Source: Bugula neritina | Lineage: Eukaryota; Animalia; Bryozoa | Length of the DNA: 29,020 nt | Direction of reading: 5' to 3' | NCBI GenBank assembly: GCA_964035545.1 | Contig: CAXIUT010000282.1 | Location: forward strand, 28,822 to 57,841 | In this document: positions 24,100 to 29,020 of the stretch, in pieces | Numbering within the stretch: the stretch's first letter is position 1 | Layout of the letters: every line of letters starts with the position of its first letter | Made by a program: the position numbers and the translations under genes | Notes under the pieces: generated by a model | Told to the model about the DNA's origin: nothing | Seen by the model: the letters and a program-made list of their open reading frames with translations, nothing else | Databases searched by the model: none

Positions 24100-26355
24100 T
24101 CAAAAAACACTTCTAATTTTTTATTATTGATTTATCAAAAAAGAAGAGGATAAATTCTTTTTAATATGATTATTGATATTCTAAAATCCAAGTTTAATCG
24201 TCGGCCTTAGAGCTTTTCCTCTTAATTTATCAAATAATTATAAATATTTTTGTATATGCTGACAATTATCTCCACAAGAACTATGCATCTTTTTTATTTA
24301 TCTAATAAATTATTCCTTATCTTTGACCTTACTTGCTATCAACTCCACTTTGATGTCTTGAAATGATTTTATCTCAATGTTTTTTTATTTTGATTTTGAT
24401 GATAAATAAGGTCTACTTTTTACTGATTCTCTATTCTTTTTATTCTATTAAGCAAAAGTGTTCACTGACATTCTTTCTTTCACGTTAGCTCTTATTTTTG
24501 GATGAACCTAAGGAGAATATTATCGCTTTTTTGGTATTTATATTTATTACTGAATAGAATTTCTTTGAAAGTGTTTTTTCTATTCGGAGCTTTAAGTAAT
24601 TTACTTTTATTTTATCTTTATTTTTTAACATATTCGTTTACTCTTGAGCTTTATATGATAGGATCCTCTTTATTTGAAGATTTATTTTTGTAAGATTTTT
24701 TTGAATTAATACAAATATTGATATTACTGTAAATTCCAAAAACAGCTTTAGATAGGGCTTATCCAATATAGAAGCTAACTTCTTTTTTAAGTTTTTTTTC
24801 AGAAAGAGTTTAATTTTGATTAGCTGAATTATTTTTAAAAGCCTACATATCCCAAACAATCTGCTTCGATTTATTAGATTCAATAGAATTAGACAAATAA
24901 TTAGGACTAATAAAACTATGACTTATATTTTCATTATGATCTTTTTGATTTTGTGTTGGATTTGCTACATTTGCACTCTACTTTTCTTGATTTATTATCA
25001 TCTTTGGTGCTTTTAGTTTTAATGATTTTAAGAATTTATCTGAACTGTAGAATATAGCTTATTTTTCTTTTATATTTTGTTCACAGAATTATTCTTTTTA
25101 CGAGTTTTTAATGTTCTTTTATAACATCTTTAAAAAACTTGTCTTTGAATGCTATTTTTTATATACATTATGGAAATCTAAAGAATATTGACTATTCAAA
25201 TCTGACTATGTATCTTTATTGTCAATATCTTTAAGACTATTCGACCTTCCAAGATCCATTATCGATGCTATCAAATCTTTACTCCTCTTCCCGAGTTTAG
25301 ACTAAGCAAGTGATAATCTATTCTCTTTCTTACCACCTTTTTTATGCGAAACCAAATTATTAGCCTTATTTCGATTATTCTACTCTTAGTAAAGCTCTTC
25401 AATGATACTTTCTAGTTTTGATACCACAAGCAAAGCCTTATCTTTTTTCTTAATTTACATTATCTTATCAAATAATTTAACCTGAAAAACATCCACTTGA
25501 TTTTTTAAATCTTTTATCTCAATGTTCTTACGATTATTATCCATTTATAACTTAGTAATTGATATATTTTTTTATGCCAGCTTTTAAAAACTTATTGTAG
25601 GTTCAGTTCTTTATAAGTTTTTTTTATTGTACTAGTATAATACATTGTACTACATTTCCTTCAGTTTTATCTATTTTTTTAATGCTGATATTTGTTTCTC
25701 AGAATGATCAGGAGGTGTTTGACTTTCTCCATCAACTAAAATACAACTTTTCTTTTATATTTTTGATTATTAATTTTTTGTAAAGTTTTTAAGTTTATTT
25801 ATAATTTGACTTTAGAATTGTTTAAATATTTTTTTAATAGTTGAGTAAAACTTTATTTATGATGATTTTAAAACAACTAAATAAATCATCAAAATCTTAT
25901 GCTTAAAAGACTTATTTTTATTTAGATTTCATTAGTTATTATAAAAATTCTATAGTTTTATGTTAAGAACTTTTCATATCACTAATAATAGTTTGAATTT
26001 ATCTAGCTATATTATGTCTATTCTCTTGTTTGAGATCTTTTCGATTATTCATAAATTTTTATATTTATTTTTACTCATAATAATCATCCACTTCCAATTC
26101 AACTTTCTCCTAAAATTAATTAAATGTTTTATTCAGTTGTAGTAACTAAATTTTACTTTATATCTTTTTTTTGCTTTTGTCTATTTTTTATAGATGCCGG
26201 TCATAACCCTCATTGTAAAGAGATATTCCGCCTAGATTTTTATAATTTGGAATATAACATTATGAAGTATAGAGTGAAGATTACACTTTAGAATTATTGC
26301 GGTTTTGATGACTTGACTTTATCTGTTGTTTATGTATTTTTCGATTTCTTTACAT
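24100..26355 (-). CDS. Hypothetical coiled-coil, low-complexity protein with C-terminal HxxCGxxCxH motif (~750 aa)
   Basis: ATG at 26355, K/E/N-rich reading frame, HSSCGDNCQH near the C-terminus, TGA at 24102-24100. Needs a +1 correction between ~25740 and 25930 and a -1 correction near 24545. Confidence 0.62.
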
Positions 26356-26426
26356 AGTTATTATTTAGAAAGCAGAATTATTTAAATTATTTATAAAGGT
26401 TAAAAATAAAGGTAATTAATTCAAAT

Positions 26427-28325
26427 TCATAGTTAATCATTATTGTACTGCTATGAGGCCTTTTATAATATTGGACCACAGACATTTTTTTATAACTTTT
26501 AACTTCTATTCATATCTTTCTTTTTATAAATTTGGAAAGTCAGCTAAAAAATTAGTCCCTTCAAGAATCATCGCATTTAAAGTAGGTTTATCACTTTAAA
26601 AAATTCTTCCCTTCAACTTCTCAGGATATCTAAGAGAACTCTTTAATGATAAAATATAGTCTTATAGCTTATTTTTAGCAGCAACTATCTACCCCTCTCT
26701 AGTATCATCAGTTTAAGAATCTGTATCTTCTTAACTTTAGCCATGACGAGAAATAGCTATTGTATTTCTAATACCAGTTGCCTACTAGACAGCTGTAACT
26801 GTCAATATTGAACTCTGATCGATTTCAAAAAATATTTATATTATAGGAACTCCTCTTGGAGCAACTGGAATTCCTGATAATTTAAATTTATTTAAAAAAT
26901 GATTATTTTTAGTAAGTTATTTTTACCCTTCAAATACTTTAACCTCCACTTATTATTGACCATCTTGATAAGTAGTAAACATTCTTGATTTCTTTTTAGG
27001 AATATAACTTCCCTTTCGAATAACTGTACTCATAACTCCCCCCACAGTCTAAATTCCTAAAGAATAAGTTGTTGTATCGAGGATTACAATTTCTGTTACA
27101 GTTTTTTCTTTTTTTCTTACACTTACAAACAAATTGATTCTCCAAGATGAGCAGCACCCATACAGATAGCTTCATCAGGATTATGTTTAGTCTTGATTTC
27201 TAAACGATTGTTAAAATGTTACTTCACCAGTGTTCTTATCTTAGGGATTCTTGATGAACCTCCAACTAAAATTAACTATTAGATATCCATTATTGTAAGG
27301 TCAGCACAACTTAATGCTTAGTCTATATAATTCAATGTTTTTTTGAATAAATCTTTATTCAACTCCTCAAACTTTATCCTTGATAGTTTTTATTAAAAGT
27401 CATAGCCTTCAACAAGTTATTCAACTTCAAAGGAAGCCTCATTAAATGTTGATAAACTTCTTTTCCCTTTCTAAACAGCGTTTTTGAGCTTTTGAATAGC
27501 CCTCTTATTATTAGTTATATCAATTCCTTTTTTCTTCCAGATAAGTTAAACAAAATATTTATAAATTCTTTGATTAAAATCTTCACCTCCCAGATGAGTA
27601 TCTCCATGAGTTCCTATTACTTTAAATTTTCCTTTATTAACTTCCAAAATCGAAATATCTAGAGTTCCTCCTCCTAAGTCATAAACCAAAAATCTTTTAA
27701 ATTGTCCTTCATCAAGCCCATAGATAATAGCTGCTGCAGTGGGTTCATTAATTGTTCTTACTACATTAAGACCTGCATTTTTTCCAGCTTCAACAGTGGC
27801 TTCCCTTTGAGCATTATTAAAGAATGCAGGCACAGTAATGATAGCATTTTTTATTGTCTTTCCAGAATAAGATTAAGCTATCTGTTTCATTTTGGTCAAT
27901 ACAATCGCAGATATTTCTTAAGGAGCAAAAATTTTCTTTTCTTCATTTATTTAAGGAACATAAATATATGGTTTTCCAGCTTTGTCTATAACCTCATAAG
28001 TAAAATATTTTTTATCAGTTTGAACTGTTGAATCACTATATCTTCTTCCTATCAATCTTTTCACATCAGAAAGAGTTCTTGTAGGGTAATCAATAGCCTT
28101 GTTTAAGGCTGCTTATCCAATTAATCTTCCCTAATCAGTAAATGAAACCACTGATGGAGTTATTCTGTTTCCAAGTTAATTTGGTATAACTTAGATTTAT
28201 CTGTTATTATGGTAAGCAACACAAGAAAAACTTGTTCCAAGGTCAATCCCAATCACAGCACACTAAGGCCTTTTGTCCTAAGTTGAGGATATCGTTATCA
28301 AAAGAATCAAAAGAAGGATTCGCAT
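26427..28325 (-). CDS. Divergent ER-luminal Hsp70 (BiP/GRP78-like paralog), ~632 aa
   Basis: Signal peptide [15 protein letters not shown]; [86 protein letters not shown]; C-terminal VCGPILEK...NNDEL-TGA. Needs -1 at ~27110 and +1 at ~26490. Confidence 0.9.
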
Positions 28326-28530
28326 AGTAGTTAATAAAGATATTATTATTTTTGAGTTCTCAGGTTAAAGTATTTATTTTTAATATTACAATAAAAAAGT
28401 TAATAAAGGATTTTTTAAAATATTTACAAACATCTTTAACAATATTTTTATTTTTGATTATTTTATGATATTGGAAAAAAATGATATAAAAATTGAAATA
28501 ATATTAATTGAATATTATACTCATCACCAC

Positions 28531-28737
28531 ATGGACTCCTAACCCGTAAAAGCAAGAGTTACTCAACTATTAGGAAGAACTGGCTCCCGTGGAGGTATTA
28601 CCCAGGTCAAAGTCATTCTCATCTCAGGAAAAGAAGCTGATAAGAGAAATTTGATCAGAAACGTGAAAGGTCCAGTTAAGATAGGAGATGTGCTAGAACT
28701 TATGGAAAGCTAAAGAGAAGCCAGAAGACTCAGATGA
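28531..28737 (+). CDS. RPS28: 40S ribosomal protein eS28 (68 aa)
   Basis: [28 protein letters not shown]...[33 protein letters not shown]; intronless. Confidence 0.97.
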
Positions 28738-28937
28738 TCATAAATCAACTTTTAATTCAAAAAATCATATTTTATTGAAATAATGAGAAAATGAAAAAGA
28801 TAGTGTTGATACCTTATCACAACTAAATGACAAAAAATCACAAAAGGGACAAATATATCAAAATGGGTTCTTTTTGATAAAAAGAATATAAAATAAATAA
28901 ACTCTGATGGCTAATATAAATATAATCATATTTCTGA

Positions 28938-29020
28938 GGGGTTGGGGTTGGGGGTTGGGGTTGGGGTTGGGGGTTGGGGTTGGGGTTGGGGTTGGGGTTG
29001 GGGTTGGGGTTGGGGTTGGG
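28938..29020 (+). repeat. Right telomere (GGGGTT)n
   Basis: Tandem G4T2 to the window end, with one G5 unit. Confidence 0.98.

Noticed and set aside
124-28737. Standard ciliate code (TAR=Gln, table 6) or a pseudogene cluster full of stops
   Set aside because: TAR falls at invariant Glu sites (DEVQD, EREARR, LGIET, EF-hand position 12, NDEL), and multi-kb frames are open once TAR is read as sense.
1-29020. Mobile elements, rRNA, tRNA (including suppressor tRNA-Glu), IESs or a Tetrahymena-type Cbs
   Set aside because: None recognisable by eye. Nearly all sequence is accounted for by protein genes and short AT-rich spacers.

Overview
This is not prokaryotic DNA. It is gene-dense ciliate macronuclear DNA with C4A2/G4T2 telomeres, read with TAA and TAG as glutamate and TGA as the only stop (NCBI table 30, the peritrich nuclear code). 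The supplied standard-code ORF track is therefore mostly fragments and antisense shadows. Re-translating by hand gives 13 protein genes: an EKIVEVPV-repeat cortical protein, a 3'-truncated DLEC1/CFAP81, a probably acylated MORN protein, two tandem secreted Cys-flanked EF-hand paralogs, a TPR-like hypothetical, a 2715-aa TRANK1/LBA1-like UvrD helicase, a divergent calmodulin/centrin-like protein, a probable tandem pseudokinase plus multi-TM protein, two further hypotheticals, a divergent ER Hsp70 ending in NDEL, and RPS28. An internal 81-nt C4A2 tract at 7264-7344 interrupts DLEC1 and points the wrong way to cap it. The window is probably one complete ~21.8-kb telomere-to-telomere minichromosome (7264-29020) joined to a broken piece of another (1-7263). 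Main highlights: 13 tiny introns (11 exactly 20 nt), all GTA...AG with an invariant A six nt from the 3' end; uniform ~80-nt telomeres; an apparently uncharacterised secreted EF-hand family; and about 12 +1/-1 frame discontinuities at A-runs (sequencing errors most likely, frameshifting not excluded). All gene models are manual and no database search was run.
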